Shown one piece after another: positions 10,313-19,501 of a stretch of 64,000 nucleotides of DNA. Origin of the DNA: Candidatus Pacearchaeota archaeon (GTDB taxonomy: Archaea > Nanobdellota > Nanobdellia > Pacearchaeales > GW2011-AR1). The notes under the pieces are model-generated. The model did no database searches, was not told the DNA's origin, and saw only the letters and a program-made list of their open reading frames with translations. The stretch spans positions 1,236 through 65,235 of the forward strand of contig JBNLCO010000008.1 in the NCBI GenBank assembly GCA_050303855.1. Direction: 5' to 3'. Both the position numbers and the translations under genes were made by a program. How positions within the stretch are numbered: position 1 is the first letter of the stretch; each line of letters begins with the position of its first letter.

Positions 10313-10350
10313 GTTGTTTTTAAGATAAAGAGGATTATAAAGTTTGTGAA

Positions 10351-10713
10351 TTATAGCTGGTAAAGATTTTCAACACAATCGAAAATATCATCAAGTTGAA
10401 GTTTCTTCATTAAATTGGATACGTTTGGTTGCAATCCAGAGAGAATTAATTTATCGTACCCTTCATTTATGTTTAGTCTATTGACCACAAGCAGGGCAGA
10501 TAGTCCTGAGACATCGATATTGGAAACTTTTTCCATGTTAAGGCAAGTTCTTTTTCCACCTAACCCTTTTATACCTCCCTCTCCAAAATACAAAACAGAT
10601 TCTTGTTTTATATCAGCTGAATTAGAAAAGTTCAAACTCTCACGAGTAATTTCAAGAAGGTTGTAACTATCATTTTTACCTTCATATAGTCTTAAGTTTA
10701 GTATGGGGTACAT
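10351..10713 (-). CDS. STAS (anti-anti-sigma-like) domain protein
   Basis: LNMEKVSNIDVSGLSALL...LILSGLQPNVSNLMKKLQLDDIF. Confidence 0.75.
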   Translation of the reverse strand: MYPILNLRLYEGKNDSYNLLEITRESLNFSNSADIKQESVLYFGEGGIKGLGGKRTCLNMEKVSNIDVSGLSALLVVNRLNINEGYDKLILSGLQPNVSNLMKKLQLDDIFDCVENLYQL

Positions 10714-11171
10714 TATTTCTTAGAATTACGAGGATGTAATCTTTTTAATACTTTTTTATAATTTATAATTTCAATTTCATTAGATGCCAATTCAGAAATA
10801 TCGTTTATGTAATCAAAGAATATGTGACACCCTGTGAGTTCTAATCTGCTAAGAACATAATCCTGAATTCCGGCAATTATTGGTTTTGGGTAGCCTTGTT
10901 CTCTGTTTTCTGTCTTGAAAACTAGAAGAGAAGATATTCCGGGAGAGTCAATGTATTTTACTTCTTTCAAATTGATGCAATGTCTATCAACGTCTTTGAT
11001 GTCAGGACTTTCAAAATATAATACGGATCCTCTTTTTACTTCAGGTGTATTCTTTCTATCTATATTTTCAGCATTTATTTCAACAATACCATATTTATTT
11101 TTGTTTCCATGGTATATGCTATATTCAAACGCATTTATCTTTGGCTTAGAGTTAACATCAAAATATTCCAT
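10713..11171 (-). CDS. STAS domain protein with intact DSxG phospho-Ser motif
   Basis: INLKEVKYIDSPGISSLL...IAGIQDYVLSRLELTG. Confidence 0.8.
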   Translation of the reverse strand: MEYFDVNSKPKINAFEYSIYHGNKNKYGIVEINAENIDRKNTPEVKRGSVLYFESPDIKDVDRHCINLKEVKYIDSPGISSLLVFKTENREQGYPKPIIAGIQDYVLSRLELTGCHIFFDYINDISELASNEIEIINYKKVLKRLHPRNSKK

Positions 11172-11211
11172 TCAGAATTCTTCATTTTATTATTTATAAA
11201 AATTTCTGTTA

Positions 11212-11568
11212 TTAGAGTTCATCTGTTGTTTTCACATAATTGAAACTTTTAGTTTCTCCAATGGTTTTAATCATCTTTCTTACTTTCTTATTTGCTCCGG
11301 CTATGGTGGGTTTCGGGTAATTGTGGTGTTTGTTTAGGTAATGGAAAGTAGAAATAATTGATATTATTCCTGTTCCGTCAACTATATTTTCTAGATTCAG
11401 GCAATTTTTACTGGCCTTCATCTCTTTGTGTAAACCACTACCAAAAAACGAAACAAGGTCGCTAGCAATTAATTGGGAAACATCTCCTGAAATGTATATA
11501 GATTTAACATTTATCACATTGTATTTTTTCTTATCTCCTTGTACTATGTAATCAACCAAATTCTCCAT
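11212..11568 (-). CDS. Divergent STAS-like protein
   Basis: CLNLENIVDGTGIISII...YPKPTIAGANKKVRKMIKTIG; similar to neighbours. Confidence 0.65.
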   Translation of the reverse strand: MENLVDYIVQGDKKKYNVINVKSIYISGDVSQLIASDLVSFFGSGLHKEMKASKNCLNLENIVDGTGIISIISTFHYLNKHHNYPKPTIAGANKKVRKMIKTIGETKSFNYVKTTDEL

Positions 11569-11689
11569 TAAGGTTTATTTCAATCTTTGTTTATAAATGT
11601 TGCACGAAGGGTTTAAAAGGAGACGATATTTTGGAATATTGGATATTGATCTTTAATTTAGGTTTCTGATTTTTGTTCAAGATATTAAA

Positions 11690-11842
11690 ATGATATGTAA
11701 AGATTGTAAGAGTACTAAGATAAAGTCTAGAAAGAATTATCCTCATGGTTCTAAGTCTAGTCCTACTGTTTCGTCAACATGTAAGAACTGTGGTTCATCG
11801 AACATTGATAAGAAACCTCAGAGAAGATTTGGAAGAAAGTAG
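11690..11842 (+). CDS. Small basic zinc-ribbon protein (50 aa, not in ORF track)
   Basis: MICKDCKSTKIKSRKNYPHGSKSSPTVSSTCKNCGSSNIDKKPQRRFGRK, two CxxC motifs. Confidence 0.75.
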   Translation: MICKDCKSTKIKSRKNYPHGSKSSPTVSSTCKNCGSSNIDKKPQRRFGRK

Positions 11843-11876
11843 AAAGCTTTAAAACTGGTAAAAAGGAAACAATAAT

Positions 11877-12104
11877 ATGGATAACATAGATTTAGAAAAG
11901 GCTCTTAACGCTGAGGAAAAGAAGTCTGAAGATATGTCAAAAGAGATGGAAATAGGATTCCATCAAGGTTCTCTAAACACATTAGTGAATGAGAGAAACG
12001 AGCTTTTGAAAATGGCAGGCATTACAGAACAGTTAATGCAAGCTCATATGAAAAGACTTGAAGAACTTGGAGTTAAAGTTACTTCGAATGATTCTCAGAA
12101 ATAA
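11877..12104 (+). CDS. Small coiled-coil hypothetical protein
   Basis: 75 aa; TTTAAA box upstream. Confidence 0.7.
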   Translation: MDNIDLEKALNAEEKKSEDMSKEMEIGFHQGSLNTLVNERNELLKMAGITEQLMQAHMKRLEELGVKVTSNDSQK

Positions 12105-12178
12105 AGCCTCCGGCGGGAGTTGAACCCGCGACCCCCAGTTTACGAAACTGGTACTCTAACCAACTGAGCTACAGAGGC
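12105..12178 (-). tRNA. tRNA-Thr (anticodon CGT)
   Basis: Acceptor GCCTCTG/CGGAGGC, anticodon arm CCAGT-TTCGTAA-ACTGG, T-loop GTTCAAC; CCA not encoded. Confidence 0.95.
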
Positions 12179-12240
12179 CAAAATACTCCTTGGATTTGAT
12201 ATAGACAAACTATTTAATTGAAGATCCATTAATTAATCTT

Positions 12241-12549
12241 ATGTCTGGTAATTTTAATGAAAAATGTTATGAAGTCCTTAGGAAAGTTCCGAAGGGAAAG
12301 GTTGTAACATATAAGGAAATTGCTAAAGCTTTGAAGTCTAAAGGGTATAGAGCTGTTGGAAATGCTATGAATAAGAACCCTTATGCTCCGAAAGTACCTT
12401 GTCATAGGGTTGTTTGTTCTGATGGAAAATTAGGGGGATTTGCTTTTGGAGTTGAGAAGAAAAAGGAGATGTTGAAGAAAGAGGGTGTTGAGATAGTTAA
12501 TGGAAAGGTTGATTTGGACAAGTATCTGTTTAAGTTGAATTTAATTTGA
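12241..12549 (+). CDS. ogt: Methylated-DNA-protein-cysteine methyltransferase (MGMT, C-terminal domain only)
   Basis: VPKGKVVTY, RAVGNAM, active site PCHRVV. Confidence 0.92.
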   Translation: MSGNFNEKCYEVLRKVPKGKVVTYKEIAKALKSKGYRAVGNAMNKNPYAPKVPCHRVVCSDGKLGGFAFGVEKKKEMLKKEGVEIVNGKVDLDKYLFKLNLI

Positions 12550-12590
12550 AACATATAAATCTATTTAAAGATTAGGAAAATGTTTGGATT

Positions 12591-12908
12591 GTGGCAAACA
12601 ATAAGAAAACCAATAAATTAGAAGAGATATTCTGGAAAAGAGACGAAGGAAGATTTGTTAATATTGAAGGTAAGGAAGTTGTCCCGAAAGCGATTGGTAC
12701 ACCTCAGATTTATTATTTGATGTCTTATGATATGTGTAATTTGAATGAATTAAGAGAAATTAAGGAGTTACTTTCATCATGGAGGGGGTCTACAGACGAA
12801 GTTAATGCATATATTAAAGGTAATAAAGCTGGATTTGAAGCAAAATATCTTAAAGGCGACGAAGAAGAGGTCGTCATGTTTACGGCAGTTCAGTTTTATA
12901 AGATCTAA
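12591..12908 (+). CDS. Hypothetical protein
   Basis: 105-aa ORF ending AVQFYKI; TATA upstream. Confidence 0.65.
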   Translation: MANNKKTNKLEEIFWKRDEGRFVNIEGKEVVPKAIGTPQIYYLMSYDMCNLNELREIKELLSSWRGSTDEVNAYIKGNKAGFEAKYLKGDEEEVVMFTAVQFYKI

Positions 12909-13009
12909 TATTGAATCAGTAAGATTTATAACTAATTTTGGGATTGTTTTTCTAGGTGGGTGTGGACTCAGAAGATCTCTCCGAGATTCTGGTCTTGCAA
13001 CACACATAC

Positions 13010-13093
13010 GTGGGTGTGCTAGAGTGGTCAAATAGGCAGGACTTAAGATCCTGTAGCTTAGTGCTTACGCAGGTTCGAATCCTGTCACCCACA
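13010..13093 (+). tRNA. tRNA-Leu (anticodon TAA)
   Basis: Acceptor GTGGGTG/CACCCAC, anticodon arm CAGGA-CTTAAGA-TCCTG, long variable arm, GTTCGAATC. Confidence 0.95.
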
Positions 13094-13094
13094 T

Positions 13095-15650
13095 TTATTC
13101 TTTTAACGGCAAGGAGAATAATTTTCTAAGGAAATTTCTAAGTGCATTAGCTATTCTTTCAAAGAACACTATTTTTGTTGTAGTTTCGGGTTCGGGAGAT
13201 TCTGGAGTGTAGGTTTCTTTTGTTGGAATCGCTTCATATATTTCTTTTATTCTTATTTCTGCTTTTGTTGAAGTTAGATTTAGCACCCATATTTCTAAGT
13301 CGTAATAGTTATCATTATTTAGATCCAGTTTTCTTATTTCATTTAGTTTTAGATCTAATATGTTATTTGAAACAGAAAGAGAGACTGAATTATTTGATAT
13401 GTTTTTTATAATGATTTTTTGAGATTCTCCATTTACAGGAAAAGAGACTTCAGAGTTTTTGAAAAGGTCTTTTGTATACCCTTCTATTATTTGTGTTTCG
13501 GACAGAATTATTTCAGAAGATCCTCCGCCTCCTCCAGAACTAGATGAACCGCCTCCAGAAGATGAACTTGAGCTTGTTACAGTATTAATGGTTAGAGAAT
13601 ATGGTGAAGAATTACCTTCATTTCCTGCAGAATCTTCGCAAGAGATTATCCAAGAATAAGATCCAGGAGACACAGAATAAGAAATTTCATTTTGTGAATT
13701 TAGAGTTATTGAGGATTCTGTTGATACCGAATTACCATTAAGGAAAAGGGAGCAACTAGTTATAGAAGAGTTATCTGAGACGTTATACTGGAAGGCAATA
13801 GATTGTGTTCCTGTGGCAGAATACCCGGATGTTGGAGAAACTAATGAAACTGTTGGAGCAATAGAATCATAAGATATTGAGTAGTTTGAAATTGAGGATA
13901 TTGAATTATTTGAGGAATCTTCTGAAACACAATTCCAAGAATAATTTCCTTCTGAAGTGAAATTGTAGGTGAAAGTTGTTGTGTTTGTAGTACCTGATAT
14001 ATTTTGAGTTTCGTTGTAGATTAAATCCATTGTTGAATTCCATAAATTGAAAGTTACGTTCGTTAATTCGTATATTGAAGATGAATTACAGGTGAAATTT
14101 GTTAGGTTGTTTGTTGAAGATTCATTTGAAGGATAGTATAAATTTGTTGAAAGTATTGAGTTTACTGTTAGATTAGAATTTGATGCTGTGTTGTTATTGA
14201 AATCGTATGCTAAGCAATTCCATTCATAATTGCTATTATTTAGGGTTACGTTCTCTTGTATTGAGATTGAGTTTGTTGAAACATTTGTAGTGTTTTGGTA
14301 GAATATTCCTGTTGAATTCCATATAGTCAAGGTTACGTTTGAAAGTTTTAGATCATCGGTTACATTACAATTGAATGTTTGGTTTGTTTCATTTCCAACT
14401 CCACCTGATGGAGAGATTAACGAAACAGTTGGAGAGTATTGATCGGAGTATTTTATTATGTTGTAAGAATTCGGAATTGAGAAGTTTGTGGATGTTGAGG
14501 AGTCAAATACGGTATCTGAGGAATTTATTATTACTTGTTTTGTATGGTTTGAAGTTATGTTTGTGTTGTGATATAACTCATATTGTTCTAGTAGAAGAAT
14601 CATTCCTGTAACCATTGGTGTGGAGAAAGATGTGCCGCTTCCAGTAGCATATCCGCTATTGTATGTTGATTGGATTGATTGACCGTAGGACATCAAGATA
14701 TCTGTAAAGAAAGAATTTCGGTTTGTAAATGATGAGATAGTGTTTGATTTTGAAATGGAACCTACTCTTGTTGCGTTTTGGATACATGATGGAGCTCCAA
14801 TTCCAGAAGTTGATTCATCATTACCTGTTGCAATTGTTACTGAGATATTGTTTGCAATAGCATCATCTATTGCGGAAGTTATTCCAGAAGGATCGTCCAC
14901 ATTATCACAATAACTCGTGTAAATACCTCCTCCAAGACTCATACTTATTACCGTAATGTTGAATTTTGTTGCATTGTTGATACACCATCTTATTGCCTTT
15001 TCAACATCATCATCCCAGAATGTTCCAGTAGAGTTTGAAGCTTTTATTACAATTAATTTGGAGTCAGGGGCAATACCTTTTAGAGTTCCATTTGCAGAGA
15101 TCACTCCTGAAACAAAAGTTCCATGACCGTTAACATCTATTGGATCAGAATCTTCTGAAACACAATTCACATCATCAGAACAATAGTCCCAACCACCCAG
15201 GACTTTACAATCCGAAGTTGGATCGTTGTTTCCAAAACAACCTCCTAGGTCTGCGTGTAAGTAGTTAACTCCAGAATCAATTACACAAGCGGTTTGGTGT
15301 AGTCCGGTAATGTTTGTATCTAGTTGGAAATTCCAGACGTTGGTAGAGTTTGTTAGTTGTATTGCATCATTTAGGAATAAAGATTTTGTTGGAATTAGTT
15401 CTATTGAAGATACATTAGGGTTTGATTCTAAATTTAAAATGTCATCTTCTGATATTAGGGCTGATGCTTTAGTTCCGTTTGAGTATTTTATTTGATTTTC
15501 TGGGAGAGGTAGAGAATCATTATAGTTAATTATTACTTTTACAGTGTCTGAATTTTGAAAGTTATCAATTACATCACTACTTATCTTTTGTTCTGCAGAT
15601 ACGAGTGAGAAAATCATTATGATTGCTAGTAAGATCACCAATTTTTTCAT
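13095..15650 (-). CDS. Secreted S8 subtilisin-like serine protease with Ig-like repeats
   Basis: Signal peptide; catalytic triad VIDSG, HGTFVSG, GTSFSTP; NxT/S-rich beta repeats; Ser/Gly linker. Confidence 0.9.
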   Translation of the reverse strand: MKKLVILLAIIMIFSLVSAEQKISSDVIDNFQNSDTVKVIINYNDSLPLPENQIKYSNGTKASALISEDDILNLESNPNVSSIELIPTKSLFLNDAIQLTNSTNVWNFQLDTNITGLHQTACVIDSGVNYLHADLGGCFGNNDPTSDCKVLGGWDYCSDDVNCVSEDSDPIDVNGHGTFVSGVISANGTLKGIAPDSKLIVIKASNSTGTFWDDDVEKAIRWCINNATKFNITVISMSLGGGIYTSYCDNVDDPSGITSAIDDAIANNISVTIATGNDESTSGIGAPSCIQNATRVGSISKSNTISSFTNRNSFFTDILMSYGQSIQSTYNSGYATGSGTSFSTPMVTGMILLLEQYELYHNTNITSNHTKQVIINSSDTVFDSSTSTNFSIPNSYNIIKYSDQYSPTVSLISPSGGVGNETNQTFNCNVTDDLKLSNVTLTIWNSTGIFYQNTTNVSTNSISIQENVTLNNSNYEWNCLAYDFNNNTASNSNLTVNSILSTNLYYPSNESSTNNLTNFTCNSSSIYELTNVTFNLWNSTMDLIYNETQNISGTTNTTTFTYNFTSEGNYSWNCVSEDSSNNSISSISNYSISYDSIAPTVSLVSPTSGYSATGTQSIAFQYNVSDNSSITSCSLFLNGNSVSTESSITLNSQNEISYSVSPGSYSWIISCEDSAGNEGNSSPYSLTINTVTSSSSSSGGGSSSSGGGGGSSEIILSETQIIEGYTKDLFKNSEVSFPVNGESQKIIIKNISNNSVSLSVSNNILDLKLNEIRKLDLNNDNYYDLEIWVLNLTSTKAEIRIKEIYEAIPTKETYTPESPEPETTTKIVFFERIANALRNFLRKLFSLPLKE

Positions 15651-15698
15651 GAGTTAAATTAGGATAAATATTATATAAGCATTATGCATCTGAGGTTT

Positions 15699-16448
15699 AT
15701 GAAAAGGGTTAAGGAATGGATATTTTTGATTGTTTTAGTTGTTGTTCTTTTGGCTGTAAATTACAATCATCTTAATGGCTTTGTTGTGAATAATTTTGGA
15801 GATTTGGAGCAAGTTAAAGTTGATAGGGTTGTTGATGGAGATACGGTTGTAGTAAATGGAATTTATGTTAGATTATTGGGAATTAATACTCCTGAATCTG
15901 GGGAGAAAGGATATTATGAAGCTAAAGAGTTTTTGAGTTCTAGAGTTATTAATAGAACAATTTATATTGAAAGACATGGGAAGGATTTGTATAATAGAGA
16001 TTTAGCATATTTGTTTTCTGATAGTAGAGATAATATTAATTTGGAAATTGTTACTAATGGTTATGGAAATTATTATTTTCCTGAAGGAAAGAGTAAGTAT
16101 TATGATGAATTTGTTTCAGGATGGCAAGAGTGTGTAGATTTAGAGAGGAATTTATGTAAGAGGTCTTTTAGTGAGTGTTCTGCTTGTATTGATTTGGAAG
16201 AGTTGAATTATAAGGATGATTATGCTACTTTTGTAAATACTTGTTCATATAGTTGTTCTTTGGAAGGATGGGATGTTAAAGATGAGGGTAGGAAACATTA
16301 TACTTTTGGAGATGTTAGTTTAGATGAGGGAGAAATGATTGTTGTTGGAAGACAGGATTTTGGAAAAGATTATGTTTGGACAAATACTGGGGATACTTTA
16401 TTTTTGAGGGATGAATTTGGAAATTTAGTTCTTTGGGAAGGTTATTAA
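15699..16448 (+). CDS. Membrane-anchored thermonuclease (SNase) with lamin-tail-like C-terminal domain
   Basis: VVDGDT, VRLLGINTPE, DLYNRDLAY; C-terminal WTNTGDTLFLRD. Confidence 0.85.
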   Translation: MKRVKEWIFLIVLVVVLLAVNYNHLNGFVVNNFGDLEQVKVDRVVDGDTVVVNGIYVRLLGINTPESGEKGYYEAKEFLSSRVINRTIYIERHGKDLYNRDLAYLFSDSRDNINLEIVTNGYGNYYFPEGKSKYYDEFVSGWQECVDLERNLCKRSFSECSACIDLEELNYKDDYATFVNTCSYSCSLEGWDVKDEGRKHYTFGDVSLDEGEMIVVGRQDFGKDYVWTNTGDTLFLRDEFGNLVLWEGY

Positions 16449-17037
16449 TCGAAATGGTCATTAATCGTTTCTTTTCTAACACCTATTTTCTTTCCTAAAC
16501 TGAATTCAGCAATAACTTTCATTCCTTCTTTTGCTAAATTTGTAAGAATTTCGTTTTCTTTTTTGTTTGCTTTTATTATTAAATTGTATTCTGAAGTATC
16601 TCCGGAGTATTCTGGATTATTTTCTTGTTGGAGTCTCCAATATACTTCGTTATTAGATTCCTCCCAATACTTCTTTATACTGAATTTGTTTGCAAATCTT
16701 GAGCTATCTCCAGGGGTAATCTTTATGTCAAGTAATCTTTCTGTTAATTCCTCTCCGTTGTATCTAACGTTTTCAAACCAAGGCATAGATTCATAGGCAG
16801 TATTCATGAATTTTAGTTTTGAATTGAAGTTCTCTGGTTTTTGTATTTTCGGAGTCTCATCAAAAGTGTATCCCACTTTTTTGCAAAAGCTCCCAAATTT
16901 TCTCTTACATTTCGGCTGTAAGGATTCTCTCCATAATCACTTCTAATTATTTGCGCTTCTAAGGTAACGGGGTGATATGCATTTTTGCCATTTATTATTG
17001 CAGAATTAAGGTATAATTGAGTATTTATCTCGGTCAT
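16445..17037 (-). CDS. Hypothetical protein split by a -1 frameshift at A-AAA-AAG (16882-16876)
   Basis: ORF from ATG 17037 overlaps ORF 16876..16445; joining gives 197 aa. Confidence 0.5.
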
Positions 17038-17139
17038 TGTTTTTTTAGAGAATTTTACTTTAAAATGTTTATTGTGATTGTTTGAAAGGTTATTGATTAG
17101 TATAATAATGCTTTTATATTGTCTTGAGATAAAGTATTT

Positions 17140-17469
17140 ATGGATCAAAAACTAACCGTAAAAGTTTATGGGGAGTATGAGATATCTGATTTAGAGGAGG
17201 AATTAATTTTTCTAAAAAACATTCCCATACGAGCTATCCCTGTTGGAGAAGGGACAACGGATTTGGAAGTTCATTACTCCGGCAGGAACGTAAATGTTTA
17301 TCCAAAAAGCAATTCTATTTATAGATATGATCTCTTTGGGAACATTAACCATTGCAAAATTTCAACATTGCAGGATAGAATAAATCTAACTAGACTAAAT
17401 AATGATAAAGGCCAAACAATCAAATCTTCATATTCTTTCTATTACGATCCAAAAAACAGTTCCGAGTAA
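17140..17469 (+). CDS. Hypothetical protein
   Basis: 109-aa ORF with TATA upstream. Confidence 0.6.
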   Translation: MDQKLTVKVYGEYEISDLEEELIFLKNIPIRAIPVGEGTTDLEVHYSGRNVNVYPKSNSIYRYDLFGNINHCKISTLQDRINLTRLNNDKGQTIKSSYSFYYDPKNSSE

Positions 17470-17474
17470 GCTTT

Positions 17475-17876
17475 TTAAGATTCTATCTTCTTTTTTACTT
17501 CATCAAATAAAGGGTTGAAGCAATCTTTTGCTATTGATATTATATCTTTTACTTCTTCCTCTTTTGGGGAGTATCCGTAATAATTTATGTTGTGTCTTAG
17601 AGGTCTTAGATTTCTTATTATGCCAGTAGGTCTTGAAGTTTTAACATTTAATTTTAGAAGTTCATTTATAGGTTCCATGTGATCTTGGGATTCTACCCCT
17701 TTTAGGACAAGAAGTGCATCTCCAAGCATTCTAAAGCTTTCATAAATATTTTTTATAATTGTTGATCCAGACATTCTATTTATCGGTAGAGATAAAGCAA
17801 ATTCTACTTCTCTTTTTGCAGAATTTATTATACTAAGTGCATCTTTCTTATCAGGTCTTTTGTATCTTCTTATCAT
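17475..17876 (-). CDS. HEPN-domain protein (putative toxin, Rx4Y variant)
   Basis: Helical 133 aa with RHNINYYG; 4-nt overlap with the upstream MNT gene. Confidence 0.7.
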   Translation of the reverse strand: MIRRYKRPDKKDALSIINSAKREVEFALSLPINRMSGSTIIKNIYESFRMLGDALLVLKGVESQDHMEPINELLKLNVKTSRPTGIIRNLRPLRHNINYYGYSPKEEEVKDIISIAKDCFNPLFDEVKKKIES

Positions 17877-18460
17877 GGGTGAACCTCTAGGAAACCTTCT
17901 ATTACTATCCCGTTTGCAATATTTGAAAAAAGATTCAAGTCAACTTTGTTTCGTGAAAAAATATGTAAATTTAGAGGTACATTCTTTCTATACCCAAATT
18001 GGGGGATGTTTCCAAGATTAATGATTTTTACGTCATCATTTCCAACCACCTCTATTGCCAAATCCAAATCACTTTTATCTGTATCATCTCCTTTCCTATA
18101 GCTTCCGAATAAAGTTATTGATTTGGGGTTTCCTATTTCTTTGTAGATATCATTTATTATTTGAGACTCATAGAGAGCACTATTTATGATTGATAAATTA
18201 TAACCAATCTTTCTGGTTGTATTGTAAGGATGTTCTTGATTACATGAAATCCTCCAAGTTCTTCCTATTTCTTCCTTAATTAAGAATCCCTCTTTTACAA
18301 ACTGATTAACAACCAATGTTGCTGTTTTCTTTGATATTTTGAGCTCTTTTGCCAAATCACTTAGACTTATTGGGATTGTAGGATATGAAAAGAACCAGAT
18401 CATTACTTTTAGATAGGATTCATTTTGTTCCAAGACTTCTACCTTTTCTAGTTTTTTCAT
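17873..18460 (-). CDS. wHTH-minimal nucleotidyltransferase (MNT antitoxin)
   Basis: HTH SLSDLAKELKISKKT; LFGSYRKGDDTDKSDLD (GSx10DxD). Confidence 0.85.
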   Translation of the reverse strand: MKKLEKVEVLEQNESYLKVMIWFFSYPTIPISLSDLAKELKISKKTATLVVNQFVKEGFLIKEEIGRTWRISCNQEHPYNTTRKIGYNLSIINSALYESQIINDIYKEIGNPKSITLFGSYRKGDDTDKSDLDLAIEVVGNDDVKIINLGNIPQFGYRKNVPLNLHIFSRNKVDLNLFSNIANGIVIEGFLEVHP

Positions 18461-18497
18461 TGATCTAATAGCGATAAAAACTATATAAATCTTTTTG

Positions 18498-18545
18498 TTA
18501 CCATATGGTTTTATAATTACTCATATGGTAATGGAAGTTACCATA
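18498..18545. promoter_or_regulatory. Inverted-repeat operator TTACCATATG-N14-CATATGGTAA plus extra half-site
   Basis: Perfect 10-bp arms between the divergent MNT and 18583 genes; GTTACCATA recurs at 18537. Confidence 0.6.
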
Positions 18546-18582
18546 GATAACCTTTAAATAAGACTTATCTCGTGATTTTTAT

Positions 18583-18765
18583 ATGATAGCGTTAGAAAAT
18601 GTAGGAAGTATTTCACCAATATTTCTTACTGTATTTTTGATAGGATATTTGATTATAGCTGAGCTTGGGAGTGAGAAAGTTAAGAGAAGTTTGATTCCGC
18701 TTTTGGTTGTTTTGATAGCGGTGTTTTTGATTGTAGCAGTTAAAGATGTGATATCTAAGTTGTAA
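18583..18765 (+). CDS. Small 2-TM membrane protein
   Basis: 60 aa, directly upstream of the CPBP gene. Confidence 0.65.
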   Translation: MIALENVGSISPIFLTVFLIGYLIIAELGSEKVKRSLIPLLVVLIAVFLIVAVKDVISKL

Positions 18766-18766
18766 A

Positions 18767-19441
18767 ATGAAGAAATATTTGTTATGGATTTTGAGTTTGG
18801 GGTTGATCTTATCTGAGATTATATTAAAATTGAAGCCGGAGTTCGGTTTTATTGTTTATAGTGTTCTTATTGGAGGGTGTTTGATTGCTTTAGCTGAACA
18901 TGAGAAATTAGATGATTATGGTAAATTGATAATAATCTTTATGATCTTGCCAATTGTGAGAGTATCCGAGTTATTTATTGGATTTAACTTCTTTGTAAGA
19001 TCTTTTGTAGTGTATTACATTTTAGGATTTTTGGTAGTTTTCTATGGTTTAAAGTTTAAGATAGATCCGGGATATAGTAAGAAGTATTTATGGTATATTC
19101 CATTAGTTGTTATTTTGGGAGGGATTTTAGGAATATTGGGCAATGTTTTTGATTTCACCCACTATTCGGGTTGGTTATTCTTATTACCAATAATAGCCTT
19201 TTCTGAAGAAGTACTATTTAGGGGATTGATTCAGAATTTGATAAATAAGGAATATGGGGTGGTTTATGCTATAATAATTAGTTCAATAATTTATTGTGTT
19301 TTTAGTTTGTATAGCTTCCCTATGCTATTTGTAGTCTTTGCATTTTCTTTGGTCAGTGGTATAATTTATTATTTTAGTAAAAACATCTATTTATCGATGA
19401 TATTTAATTTAGTTTTCCACTTGTTTATATTGGTTTTTTAA
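18767..19441 (+). CDS. CPBP (CAAX/Abi) intramembrane protease family protein
   Basis: EEVLFRG motif and multiple TMs; motif 2 His appears absent. Confidence 0.8.
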   Translation: MKKYLLWILSLGLILSEIILKLKPEFGFIVYSVLIGGCLIALAEHEKLDDYGKLIIIFMILPIVRVSELFIGFNFFVRSFVVYYILGFLVVFYGLKFKIDPGYSKKYLWYIPLVVILGGILGILGNVFDFTHYSGWLFLLPIIAFSEEVLFRGLIQNLINKEYGVVYAIIISSIIYCVFSLYSFPMLFVVFAFSLVSGIIYYFSKNIYLSMIFNLVFHLFILVF

Positions 19442-19501
19442 GAAAATATATGTATTCTAGAGTATAGAAACCTTTTTAAGGAAAAACAGTGTAATTCTAG
19501 C

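Noticed and set aside
12777..13035. Two ORFs overlapping tRNA-Leu
   Set aside because: Overlap a clear tRNA and the 12591 gene; no protein-like features
12105..13093. tRNAs as attachment sites of an integrated element
   Set aside because: No duplicated tRNA 3' end or integrase seen in the window
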